From NCBI GenBank assembly GCA_903912365.1, contig CAIWGV010000046.1, positions 10,707 to 74,706 of the forward strand: a stretch of DNA of 64,000 nucleotides. Reading direction: 5' to 3'. Position numbers and translations under genes: made by a program. Below the pieces are notes generated by a model, which saw only the letters and a list, made by a program, of their open reading frames with translations, did no database searches and had not been told where the DNA came from. Below are positions 35,254-44,700 of the stretch, piece after piece; the stretch's first letter is position 1, and each line of letters begins with the position of its first letter. This DNA comes from an uncultured Alphaproteobacteria bacterium (GTDB lineage: Bacteria; Pseudomonadota; Alphaproteobacteria; UBA7879; UBA5542).

Positions 35254-36794
35254 GTTTCTGGATTCCGCACATCATTAAGGCGTGGAAAAATCCCCTGTGG
35301 CTCTTGAATAGGGGCCCCTGGTTTGAGGGCATCTACAGCCTCCAAATTCTTGAAAGTTCGCGCCTGTTCTGGAACGCCCAGTTGATCTAAAATTTTTGCA
35401 GCAGACGCAGGAATCAAAGGTTGCAGGAGAATTCCCAAAACCCGAATCACCTCACACAACGTATAAAGAACCACTTCCATACGGGGTGGATTGTTCTTCC
35501 GCAAGGCCCAAGGAGCCTGGGTATCCACGTACCGGTTAGCGTCCCCCACCAATTGCCACAGGAGGTCTACATATTTACTCAGAGCTTGATCCTTTTGAAG
35601 CAGGGGCCTGATATCTTCAATTAGAGAATAGGCCTTCTTCATTAATGCTTTATCTCCCTCTTCAAAAGGAATAGAAGGGGAGGGCATCTTTTCCTCACAA
35701 TTTTTCCAAACCATGCTGAGGGTCCGTTGGACCAAGTTCCCCAATTCGTTGGACAATTGGCTATTTACCCGACTGATGAGGGCCTCTTCCGAGTAGTCTC
35801 CATCATTCCCAAAAGGAACCTCCCGGATCAAAAAATACCGCACTTGGTCAACCCCATAGGTCTCTGCAATCTCATAAGGGTCAATGACATTGCCCAAGGA
35901 CTTGGAAATTTTTTGGCCCTTATTGGTCCACCATCCATGAGCAAAAATTTTCTTAGGGAGCGGCAAATCGGCTGCCATCAAAAAAGCGGGCCAATAGACC
36001 GCATGAAACCGCAAAATATCTTTCCCGACCATATGGACATCCGCGGGCCAAAAGGTTGTATAGTCTCTCTTCTCCCGATCAGGATATCCAAGAGCTGTAA
36101 GGTAATTCATCAGGGCATCCAACCACACATAGATCACATGGGATTCATTTCCCGGCACGGGAATTCCCCATTTAAAGCTCGTACGAGAAACGGACAAATC
36201 TTTGAGTCCCCCCTTCACAAAACTCAACACTTCATTCCGTCGACTGAGGGGCGCAATAAAGTCAGGGTGGGAGGCATAATATTCTAAAAGCTTATCTTGA
36301 AAAGCGGATAGTTTAAAGAAATAACTGGGTTCTTCTACCCATTCCACAGGAGCCCCCGTAGGGGCCTTTCCATCCACAAGATCCGACTCCGTATAAAAAG
36401 CCTCGTCCCGCACCGCATACCAGCCCGCATAGGATCCTAAATAGATATATCCCTTTTTTTCCAGAAGCTCCCAAAAATGCTGGACACCCCGTTTGTGCCG
36501 AAGTTCTGTGGTTCGGATAAAGTCATCCACAGACAAGTTATAAACCGCCAAAACATTGCGGAAACTTTTTGAAGCCTCATCCACAAATTCTTGGGGAGAC
36601 TTTCCTAGCTTTGTTGCCGTCTGTTCAATTTTCTGCCCATGCTCATCGGTGCCCGTAAGGAACTTAACCTCATGTCCATCCAACCTCATGAACCGCGCTA
36701 AAACATCACAACAGAGAGTTGTATAAACGGATCCAATATGGGGATCGCTGTTTGGATAATAAATGGGTGTTGTAATATAATAGGGCTTACTCAC
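35247..36794 (-). CDS. metG: Methionyl-tRNA synthetase, short form lacking the C-terminal tRNA-binding (EMAP/Myf) domain
   Basis: HIGH-type motif (PIYYPNSDPHIGSVYT) and KMSKS (KISKSLGN). 515 aa. Confidence 0.95.
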   Translation of the reverse strand: MSKPYYITTPIYYPNSDPHIGSVYTTLCCDVLARFMRLDGHEVKFLTGTDEHGQKIEQTATKLGKSPQEFVDEASKSFRNVLAVYNLSVDDFIRTTELRHKRGVQHFWELLEKKGYIYLGSYAGWYAVRDEAFYTESDLVDGKAPTGAPVEWVEEPSYFFKLSAFQDKLLEYYASHPDFIAPLSRRNEVLSFVKGGLKDLSVSRTSFKWGIPVPGNESHVIYVWLDALMNYLTALGYPDREKRDYTTFWPADVHMVGKDILRFHAVYWPAFLMAADLPLPKKIFAHGWWTNKGQKISKSLGNVIDPYEIAETYGVDQVRYFLIREVPFGNDGDYSEEALISRVNSQLSNELGNLVQRTLSMVWKNCEEKMPSPSIPFEEGDKALMKKAYSLIEDIRPLLQKDQALSKYVDLLWQLVGDANRYVDTQAPWALRKNNPPRMEVVLYTLCEVIRVLGILLQPLIPASAAKILDQLGVPEQARTFKNLEAVDALKPGAPIQEPQGIFPRLNDVRNPETC

Positions 36795-37717
36795 GGGGCA
36801 ACTCGCAATTCTTCCATCTTAAAAAATATGGTTAATAGGGTCTGTCGCTGATCAAGATGCAAGGTTTTCTCTGAATTGACAAGATGAAAAATGGAATCAT
36901 GAACATCCATTAGTTGATGAAAAGAAGTTCTTTGCGTTCCTAGTTTAATGGTTTGATGGAACCACTCCCTTAAAAGAAGAACAAAAATATTAAAATTTTC
37001 CTTCTTTAAAATTCCCTCCACAAAAGGGTACACTTCCGCATAAATGGGCGTTTCTTTGTTTAAAATATGACTTAAACACCTCAAAAAATCTTCCCTCAAC
37101 TCTAGAACGTGGGACTGCTGCAGTTGCCTGAGAGTTCCTGGAGACCCTTGAGAAAGACCACATAAAATCGCTTTTTGTTCCGGGGAATAGGCTCCTTCAA
37201 AAAGGGGCTCTAAGGCACTTTCATTTAGGGGGTAAAAAGGCAACAGGCAACAACGAGACCGAATAGTGGGAAGCAAAGATCCCTCTCCTTCGTGGGCAAT
37301 GAGAAAAAATAAAGTCCTATCCGTCGGCTCTTCCAAGGTTTTTAGAAGGGCGTTCATGCCATTGAGATTCATGTCATTTAAGCTATCAATAAGAATAACT
37401 TTCCACCCCCCATTTGCCACCGTCTGCCCCACAAATTTTGAAACCTCTTTCAACCGTTCCAAGGGAAGAGTCTTTGTATCCTCTGCGGGGGTGAGTCGTA
37501 AAAAATTTGTATGGGTATTAGATTTAATTTGATGTTGGGTATCTTCGCGAGATTCTCCCTCCATCTCTAAAAGATACTCCGCCATCTTTTCTGCAAAGGT
37601 TCTCTTTCCCATACCTCTACGGCCCCACAAAATCCAAGCATGATGAAGTCTCTGACTTTTCATCGCTTTCAAAAAAGTCTCTTGGGCAGCCGGATGGGAA
37701 AGAGCGACTAATGCCAT
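36791..37717 (-). CDS. holB: DNA polymerase III delta' subunit
   Basis: AAA+ clamp-loader fold with a Walker A-like GRRGMGKRTFAEKMAEYLL. Located in the conserved tmk-holB-metG order. Confidence 0.82.
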   Translation of the reverse strand: MALVALSHPAAQETFLKAMKSQRLHHAWILWGRRGMGKRTFAEKMAEYLLEMEGESREDTQHQIKSNTHTNFLRLTPAEDTKTLPLERLKEVSKFVGQTVANGGWKVILIDSLNDMNLNGMNALLKTLEEPTDRTLFFLIAHEGEGSLLPTIRSRCCLLPFYPLNESALEPLFEGAYSPEQKAILCGLSQGSPGTLRQLQQSHVLELREDFLRCLSHILNKETPIYAEVYPFVEGILKKENFNIFVLLLREWFHQTIKLGTQRTSFHQLMDVHDSIFHLVNSEKTLHLDQRQTLLTIFFKMEELRVAP

Positions 37718-37722
37718 AATTT

Positions 37723-38376
37723 TTACAGCGTAAGATGAAATCTCTCGCTTAAGGCGCGAAAGATCTGAGGGCTAACTTGGTCTAAGGGTAAATCTGCCTG
37801 AATATTAACAAACCGCTTGTTGTTATGGGAAAGGGCCTTAAATCCCTGGTAAATCTTTCGATGAAACTCCAAGTTTTGATCCTCAAAGCAATCATATTTC
37901 TGGGACTCTGGAGATGATTCGTATCTTTCCCTTAATCTCTTGAGTCCCCTTTCAGGAGGAATATCGAAGAAAAAAGTAAGATCTGGCTGAAAATTATGAA
38001 GCACTGCTTCGTGGATGGTTTTGACAAATTCTACCCCCAATCCTTGAGCATACCCTTGATACACCATAGAGGAATCGGCAAATCGATCGCACAAGACCCA
38101 AATATTGCGAGCAAGGGCTGGTTTAATCACTTTTTCCACATGGTCGTGACGCCCTGCGTAAAGAATGAGGAGTTGAGAAATTGCATCCCAATGGGCTTCT
38201 TTATGGTGCTGTAAAATGTTTCTTAAAAGCTCCGCTCCCACGGTTCCGCCTGGCTCTCGGGTCACAAGAACAGAAATGCCAACCGCTTTTAACGCTTTTT
38301 CCAAAAGGTGGATCTGCGTCGTTTTTCCGGCCCCCTCTCCTCCTTCAAAGCTGATAAATTTTGCGGATGTCTTCAT
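37723..38376 (-). CDS. tmk: Thymidylate kinase
   Basis: P-loop ISFEGGEGAGKTTQ, DRF-type motif (LCDRFADSS) and LID region. 217 aa. Confidence 0.93.
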   Translation of the reverse strand: MKTSAKFISFEGGEGAGKTTQIHLLEKALKAVGISVLVTREPGGTVGAELLRNILQHHKEAHWDAISQLLILYAGRHDHVEKVIKPALARNIWVLCDRFADSSMVYQGYAQGLGVEFVKTIHEAVLHNFQPDLTFFFDIPPERGLKRLRERYESSPESQKYDCFEDQNLEFHRKIYQGFKALSHNNKRFVNIQADLPLDQVSPQIFRALSERFHLTL

Positions 38377-38387
38377 GAATCCTACCC

Positions 38388-39467
38388 TTAATTTTTCATA
38401 ACGTAAGCGTCTGACAGTCCTTCAGCCTTTATTTTTTCTAAAGCATTTTGGGCTTCTTCTGAGTTATCAAAAGGCCCCACCTGTACACGGTACAAAACCT
38501 TTCCTCCCACATCCGACAGCCATGACTTGGCCTGTCCTATGGAACTCACCCTCTGCACTGTATTTTCCGCATTCTCTTGCTTCTTGAAAATACCCACCTG
38601 AATGTAAATAGGCTTTTCTGAGACATTCTCTGGCGCAGGGGTCGACAAGGCCCCAACCGAGCTTTCCGAACTCACAGCTGGCACGTCAAATAAATCTTTT
38701 ACATCTTGAGGAGCTTCCGATGTGGAGGGCTCAGATATCTCCTCTTCTTCGCCCAAGACTATGGCATCTTTTCCACGGAGACGAGAAAGGTTTTCCACCA
38801 GTTGTGTCTTTTGTTCAGGAACTGTCGTCGTCGGTGTTGCAAAGATCTTTTTACTGGTTTGCTGAGCCGCGATTTTAGATTCTTCTGGCAGAATCTGAAC
38901 CCGCACTCGGGTCACCCCTTTCCCTGGGAAATCCAGAAGCTTTGCCGCGTGCTCAGAAATATCAATAAGTCGATCACTCGTAAAAGGACCTCGATCATTA
39001 ATGCGCAAAATAACTGACTTGTTATTATCCACATTTGTTACACGCACAATGGAGGGTAGAGGCAAGGTTTTATGAGCCCCCGTGAGTCGATTCTTATCAA
39101 AAATCTCTCCATTTGCCGTACGTTTGTTATGGAACTCTGATCCATACCAAGAGGCATATCCAATTTCATCATAACGATCATTTTCCGCGGGAAAATACCA
39201 AACTCCGTTCACTTTATAGGGCTTTCCAAGCCTATAAACAGCGTCTCCTTGGGTTTTTAACCATTCTTCCTGAGGGGCCGCCATGGACCCACTTTCTTTC
39301 GCTTTTTCTTCTTGTTTGCTCTCTTCTTTTTTTTCATCTCCCTTTATTGAAATGGGTTCTGGAGGCGCCAGTCGTGCAGGGGGGGATGAGAATCGAGAGC
39401 AAGAAGATAGAAGCCCTCCCACCAAAAGTAAAAAAGAAAATGATCTATACAGGGACACAAATCTCAT
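38388..39467 (-). CDS. rlpA: Septal-ring lytic transglycosylase RlpA (DPBB domain) with C-terminal SPOR domain
   Basis: Double-psi beta-barrel region YGSEFHNKRTANGEIFDKNRLTGAHKTLPLPSIVRVTNVDNNKSVILRINDRGPF. SPOR-like C-terminus IYIQVGIFKKQENAENTV...YRVQVGPFDNSEEAQNALEKIKAEG. Lipoprotein-type signal peptide. Confidence 0.88.
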   Translation of the reverse strand: MRFVSLYRSFSFLLLVGGLLSSCSRFSSPPARLAPPEPISIKGDEKKEESKQEEKAKESGSMAAPQEEWLKTQGDAVYRLGKPYKVNGVWYFPAENDRYDEIGYASWYGSEFHNKRTANGEIFDKNRLTGAHKTLPLPSIVRVTNVDNNKSVILRINDRGPFTSDRLIDISEHAAKLLDFPGKGVTRVRVQILPEESKIAAQQTSKKIFATPTTTVPEQKTQLVENLSRLRGKDAIVLGEEEEISEPSTSEAPQDVKDLFDVPAVSSESSVGALSTPAPENVSEKPIYIQVGIFKKQENAENTVQRVSSIGQAKSWLSDVGGKVLYRVQVGPFDNSEEAQNALEKIKAEGLSDAYVMKN

Positions 39468-40522
39468 TCAGATGCTCCAATTTTATTAGCTAGAAGACAA
39501 ACAGACAAAGCAAAGTTCACAGAACGATTCCACTTCAAAATAACCCGGAAGTTATCATATACCAGAAAAACATCCTCTCCTCCATCAGGAATGATGATAG
39601 ATCCTTTCAGGTCAGGAAAGGAGAATGAAGAACCATCTCTCTTTCGAACACCCATATTTTTCCATTCTTCCGTAGATTTTTGCAAGGAAAGATCCGCAAG
39701 ATTTTTGTTAAAATTATCCGGCAATTGAACCTCCAGCCCCCAAGGCTCTTCTTCTTTCCAGCCCTGTTGATGAAGATAGTTGGCAATGGATCCAAACAAA
39801 TCAATATTTGCCTCCCAAATATTGCTAAATCCATCTTTGTCCTCATCGACCGCGTACCTATTATAACTACTGGGCATGAACTGACAGTGTCCTAAAGCCC
39901 CCGCCCAAGACCCCTTTAAGGTTTTATGAGGCATCTTATCCATATCTAAAATCTTAAGAGCCTCTAGAAGTTCAGCTCTAAAAAACTTGGAACGTCGTCC
40001 GTCAAAAGCCATGGTTGCCAAGGAATGGACAACATTGTACTTCCCCGTATCTTTTCCAAAATTTGACTCAATACCCCATAAAGAAATGATGATGGGGGCA
40101 GGAACCTTATAAGATTGCACTATTTTCTGCAGTTGTCCGCTGTGTTTTTTGCGCTTTCTGATGGCCCTTGCAATGCGGGGTGGCAATCGTTGATCCCGAT
40201 ACTTCACAAATGTTTGCTTTATTTCGGGCTGATTACGATCGAGCTCTACGATTCGTGGCATAAAAGAAGTGTCTTTGAAAGCCCTATCAAGGGTTTGCTT
40301 TCGAATGCCTTTTTGGGATGCCTCTTTTTTAAACTCCTCAAGCCAGCTATTAAAAGTGGGGGAAACCTTCTTCGGGCTTGAACACCCAGCAACCATGATT
40401 AAACAGAGGCAAAACCAACTTAGAAAATTTTTTTTTATCAATGTTATTCCCCACAAGCGAACTTTGCCCAATTTATGACATATTTCCCCCAGAGAAGGCA
40501 ATGAGATTAGAGAGGAAAACAA
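39464..40522 (-). CDS. mltB: Lytic murein transglycosylase B family (MltB/Slt35-like)
   Basis: Lipobox (IMVAGCSS). Catalytic region SLWGIESNFG (G[VI]ESxFG) and downstream MltB family blocks (…GALGHCQFMPSSY…). Its start overlaps the rlpA stop. Confidence 0.78.
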   Translation of the reverse strand: MFSSLISLPSLGEICHKLGKVRLWGITLIKKNFLSWFCLCLIMVAGCSSPKKVSPTFNSWLEEFKKEASQKGIRKQTLDRAFKDTSFMPRIVELDRNQPEIKQTFVKYRDQRLPPRIARAIRKRKKHSGQLQKIVQSYKVPAPIIISLWGIESNFGKDTGKYNVVHSLATMAFDGRRSKFFRAELLEALKILDMDKMPHKTLKGSWAGALGHCQFMPSSYNRYAVDEDKDGFSNIWEANIDLFGSIANYLHQQGWKEEEPWGLEVQLPDNFNKNLADLSLQKSTEEWKNMGVRKRDGSSFSFPDLKGSIIIPDGGEDVFLVYDNFRVILKWNRSVNFALSVCLLANKIGASE

Positions 40523-40534
40523 AATATAACTAGA

Positions 40535-40572
40535 CAGATGTCAGCTGGAGGTGTTTTATGGGGCTGGTCATC
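40535..40572. repeat. Solo right-end fragment of the MITE-like palindromic repeat (copy D)
   Basis: gacagatgtcagctggaggtgttttatggggctggtca shares the ...aggtgttttatggggctgg terminus with copies A and B. Sits at the junction between the mltB block and an orphan atpC-like gene. Confidence 0.55.
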
Positions 40573-40615
40573 TGTAATGATTGATACAAAATAACAATAA
40601 GCCTATAATCTCCCT

Positions 40616-41035
40616 ATGAGTTCTGCCTATACATGTATTTTTTCTTCCCCAAAGACTGAAAGTATTTTTCAGGAGACTGACCTTATCTTGTTGCCAGGGG
40701 CTCAGGGGAAGCTGGGCATTCTGCCCCAACATTCCCCCATGGTCATCATTTTACAGCCAGGCATTGCCCACGTGTATAAACGCAGCAGCATTATCGAAAG
40801 CTTCTTCTTATCAGGTGGCGTTGCTCATATTACCCCTGAAACATGTCGCGTTCTAACAGACACCTTCATTATTTTGGATGAGCTTGACCCTCTTCTTGTG
40901 GAAAATAACCTAAAAAGATATCATAACGATCTCGCGGGTCTCAGTATCGAATCAGAAAGACGGTGGATCACCTCTAAGATTGCCCTGGCCGAAGCTATGG
41001 TAGATGTAATCCGAAATGGAAAACATAGAAAATGA
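40616..41035 (+). CDS. atpC: F-type ATP synthase epsilon subunit-like protein (AtpC family), not adjacent to other atp genes
   Basis: Alignable along its length with AtpC N-domain blocks ([26 protein letters not shown] ~ [45 protein letters not shown] ~ [23 protein letters not shown]), plus a helical C-terminus. No atpD/atpG neighbours. Confidence 0.7.
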   Translation: [139 protein letters not shown]

Positions 41036-41406
41036 CGGCCCCCTACGACTCTTCCAATATATTCGCGAAAATTCTGAAGGGGGATATTCCCTGCAAGAAA
41101 GTTTTGGAAACACCCTATGCCCTTGCCTTTGAGGATCTTTACCCCAAAGCCCCCATCCATGTACTTATAATCCCCAAAGGACCTTATGTTTCCTTCTCTG
41201 ATTTTTCCCAGAACGCTTCCCCAGCTGAAATAGTCGGTTTTTTTAAATCCGTAGGAGACGTAGCAAAGAAATTAGGTCTTGAAGAATCCGGATACCGAAT
41301 TCTCTCAAACAGTGGTACTGATGCTCATCAAGAGGTTCCTCACTTCCATATCCATCTAGTTGGAGGAAAATCTCTGGGTCCTCTTTTAGCCACCCGCCAT
41401 GAATAA
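41032..41406 (+). CDS. HIT (histidine triad) family nucleotide hydrolase
   Basis: Histidine triad HFHIHLVGG (HxHxHxx) and an N-terminal HIT fold (…IFAKILKGDIPCKKVLE…). Start overlaps the atpC-like stop (ATGA). Confidence 0.9.
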   Translation: MTAPYDSSNIFAKILKGDIPCKKVLETPYALAFEDLYPKAPIHVLIIPKGPYVSFSDFSQNASPAEIVGFFKSVGDVAKKLGLEESGYRILSNSGTDAHQEVPHFHIHLVGGKSLGPLLATRHE

Positions 41407-42304
41407 CTCTTACATCGAAGGATTTCTTGAGATGATCTCCGTAGAACGGGGAAGCTCCCTTAATACTCTGGAGTCCTACGGACGTGACTTGCGGAATTGT
41501 GAAGCCTTCTTGAAAGAAAAAAACATAGAGCTTCACACAGCAAAAATATCTCATCTGCGAGATTATCTCATCTCTCTTCATGATCGGGGCATGAAATCTT
41601 CCTCCATTTCCCGACATCTCTCTGCCTTGCGGCAATTTTATCTGTTTCTGGTAAGCGACCAAATCCGGGAAGACAATCCTACATCTACTATGGAGAGACC
41701 TAAATCCGCGCACAGTTTGCCCAAAATTCTCTCTGAAGCAGAGGTGCGGCAACTTCTGGAAGAAGCACAGCGGAACGACTCCCCAGAAGGAAAACGTCTT
41801 CTGGCCTTACTGGAAATTCTTTATGCTACAGGACTTCGGGTTTCCGAATTGATTGGACTCAGATATGATTCCATTTCTTCCGACGGTGAGGTTCTCATTG
41901 TTCGAGGCAAAGGAGATAAAGAACGTATGGTTCCCCTCAGTTCTTATGCCCTGAAGGCCCTGAACGCCTACTTGAAAGAACGATCCACTTTTCTGAATCC
42001 AGGACAAGCCACCTCAAAATGGTTATTTCCCTCCTACGGAACATCGGGAAAATTAACCCGTCAACGATTCGGTCAACTCCTTAAGAATTTGGCAATACAG
42101 GCTAATTTAGATGCCAAGAAGATCTCCCCCCACGTAGTACGTCATGCCTTTGCCACTCACCTTTTAAACCACGGAGCCGACCTAGTAAGTCTTCAAAACA
42201 TGCTTGGACATGCAGACATTTCCACCACTCAGATCTATACTCATGTTATGAAGGATAAGTTGGAAGAAGCCGTGATGAAGCATCACCCTCTAAGCAAACC
42301 GTAA
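41399..42304 (+). CDS. xerD: Tyrosine recombinase XerD (XerC/D family)
   Basis: N-terminal FLEMISVERGSSLNTLESYGRDL (XerD-like). C-terminal catalytic HVVRHAFATHLLNHGADLVSLQNMLGHADISTTQIYTHV with R..HxxR..Y. Confidence 0.85.
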   Translation: MNNSYIEGFLEMISVERGSSLNTLESYGRDLRNCEAFLKEKNIELHTAKISHLRDYLISLHDRGMKSSSISRHLSALRQFYLFLVSDQIREDNPTSTMERPKSAHSLPKILSEAEVRQLLEEAQRNDSPEGKRLLALLEILYATGLRVSELIGLRYDSISSDGEVLIVRGKGDKERMVPLSSYALKALNAYLKERSTFLNPGQATSKWLFPSYGTSGKLTRQRFGQLLKNLAIQANLDAKKISPHVVRHAFATHLLNHGADLVSLQNMLGHADISTTQIYTHVMKDKLEEAVMKHHPLSKP

Positions 42305-42309
42305 TTTAG

Positions 42310-43317
<1,008 letters not shown>

Positions 43318-43318
43318 G

Positions 43319-43603
43319 ATGAGTTATGTAGGAGGCGTTGCTGCCGAACAATTGAAATCCATTGTGGAACGCATCGAGCGTTTAGAGCAAGACAAAACCA
43401 ATTTGGCCAATGATATTCGAGATGTCTATGCGGAAGCTCGAGGGAATGGATATGATACAAAGACGCTCCGCACAATCATTAAGCTCCGGAAAATGGATGA
43501 AAGCGATCGCTCGGAACAAGAAGAGCTTTTAGATCTTTATATGCACGCTTTAGGTATGACCGTAGAGGCCACGGAAAAAGTAGAAGCAGAGCTAGTATCA
43601 TAA
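43319..43603 (+). CDS. gapR: GapR-like nucleoid-associated protein (DUF2312/UPF0335)
   Basis: MSYVGGVAAEQLKSIVERIERLEQDKTNLANDIRDVYAEARGNGYDTKTLRTIIKLRK... closely follows the Caulobacter GapR pattern (QLKSIIDRVERLE...EVYAEAKGNGFD). Start set at the internal Met, not the upstream ORF start. Confidence 0.75.
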   Translation: MSYVGGVAAEQLKSIVERIERLEQDKTNLANDIRDVYAEARGNGYDTKTLRTIIKLRKMDESDRSEQEELLDLYMHALGMTVEATEKVEAELVS

Positions 43604-43606
43604 ACC

Positions 43607-44254
43607 ATGGAATTTTTGCAAACCCATTTTGCCAATATAAGTCATTTCATTTTTTCCTTATTTGATCCTGCTTTTTGGACTAATCTTCTCCAGGTTTATA
43701 AATATTGGATCGTTATTGGAGGGGCCCTCGTAGAAGGAGAAATGGTCCTTATTTTGGCGGGAGCAGCTGCCCAACAAGGGTATATGAGCCTTCACTTTGT
43801 TATTGCCATGGCCTTTATAGGCGCGGTCATTCACGATCACCTTCTGTTTATTCTAGGACGTCATTGGGGCAAAAAAATATTCAATCGTTTTCCCACGTGG
43901 CAAGTGCGTGTGGACAAAATAACCATCATGATTAATCGCTATGATCGACTTTTCATCATGGGATTTCGGTTCGTCTATGGCATACGCACAATCACCCCCT
44001 TAATCTTAGGAACCACTCGCATGCCTTTTTGGCGGTATAGTGTTTTGGTCACCCTCTCGGCGTTCATTTGGGCTCTTATCATTTCCTATTTGGGATACAC
44101 CTTCTTCATGGCGCTCGATGCCCTCTTAAAGGACTTCGACCTTTATAAGAAATACTTAACTATGGGCCTTATTGTGTTTGTGGCTCTTGTATCTTTATTC
44201 TTTACCTATCGGAGCTACTTAATCCGCAGAAGAAAGAGCCGGAAAAAGAAGTAA
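43607..44254 (+). CDS. DedA/SNARE-associated family membrane protein
   Basis: 215 aa with 4-5 TM helices and the DedA-type reentrant motif region (…GFRFVYGIRTITPLILG…). Confidence 0.72.
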   Translation: MEFLQTHFANISHFIFSLFDPAFWTNLLQVYKYWIVIGGALVEGEMVLILAGAAAQQGYMSLHFVIAMAFIGAVIHDHLLFILGRHWGKKIFNRFPTWQVRVDKITIMINRYDRLFIMGFRFVYGIRTITPLILGTTRMPFWRYSVLVTLSAFIWALIISYLGYTFFMALDALLKDFDLYKKYLTMGLIVFVALVSLFFTYRSYLIRRRKSRKKK

Positions 44255-44260
44255 GTTTTT

Positions 44261-44698
44261 GTGCATATTCAGAGAAAGCTAATTCTCCCCTATGCCCAAG
44301 AAGACCTGTACTCCCTCATTGCAACCGTAGACGCTTACCCCAACTTTGTTCCTGCTTGCAGGCACGTAAAAATCCTCGAACACACCTCGGACTTTTTACG
44401 AGCCGAGTTAACCCTAGGCTATGGACTTTTCAAGGAAAAATTTATCTCCAAAGTTTATCTCACCCCCTTTGACGCCATCGAAGCCATTGGCGAATCAGGG
44501 CCCTTTCATCATCTAAAAGTGGTTTGGAAATTCCAGGCTATTGGGCCTCAGGAAACTGAGGTAGCCTTTTCTCTAGAGGCGCAGTTTAAGTCGAAACTGC
44601 TTGGACATATGGTGGAACGAGGAATGAGGAGAGCGGACCTATCCTCATTTACAGAAATCATTGAAAAGCGGATGAGAGAGGGAACCATCCCATCTTAG
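44261..44698 (+). CDS. SRPBCC family protein (RatA toxin / COQ10-like ubiquinone-binding, polyketide_cyc fold)
   Basis: 145 aa. ...LPYAQEDLYSLIATVDAYPNFVPACRHVKILE... matches the START/Bet v1-like RatA/Coq10 family. Confidence 0.72.
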   Translation: MHIQRKLILPYAQEDLYSLIATVDAYPNFVPACRHVKILEHTSDFLRAELTLGYGLFKEKFISKVYLTPFDAIEAIGESGPFHHLKVVWKFQAIGPQETEVAFSLEAQFKSKLLGHMVERGMRRADLSSFTEIIEKRMREGTIPS

Positions 44699-44700
44699 AA

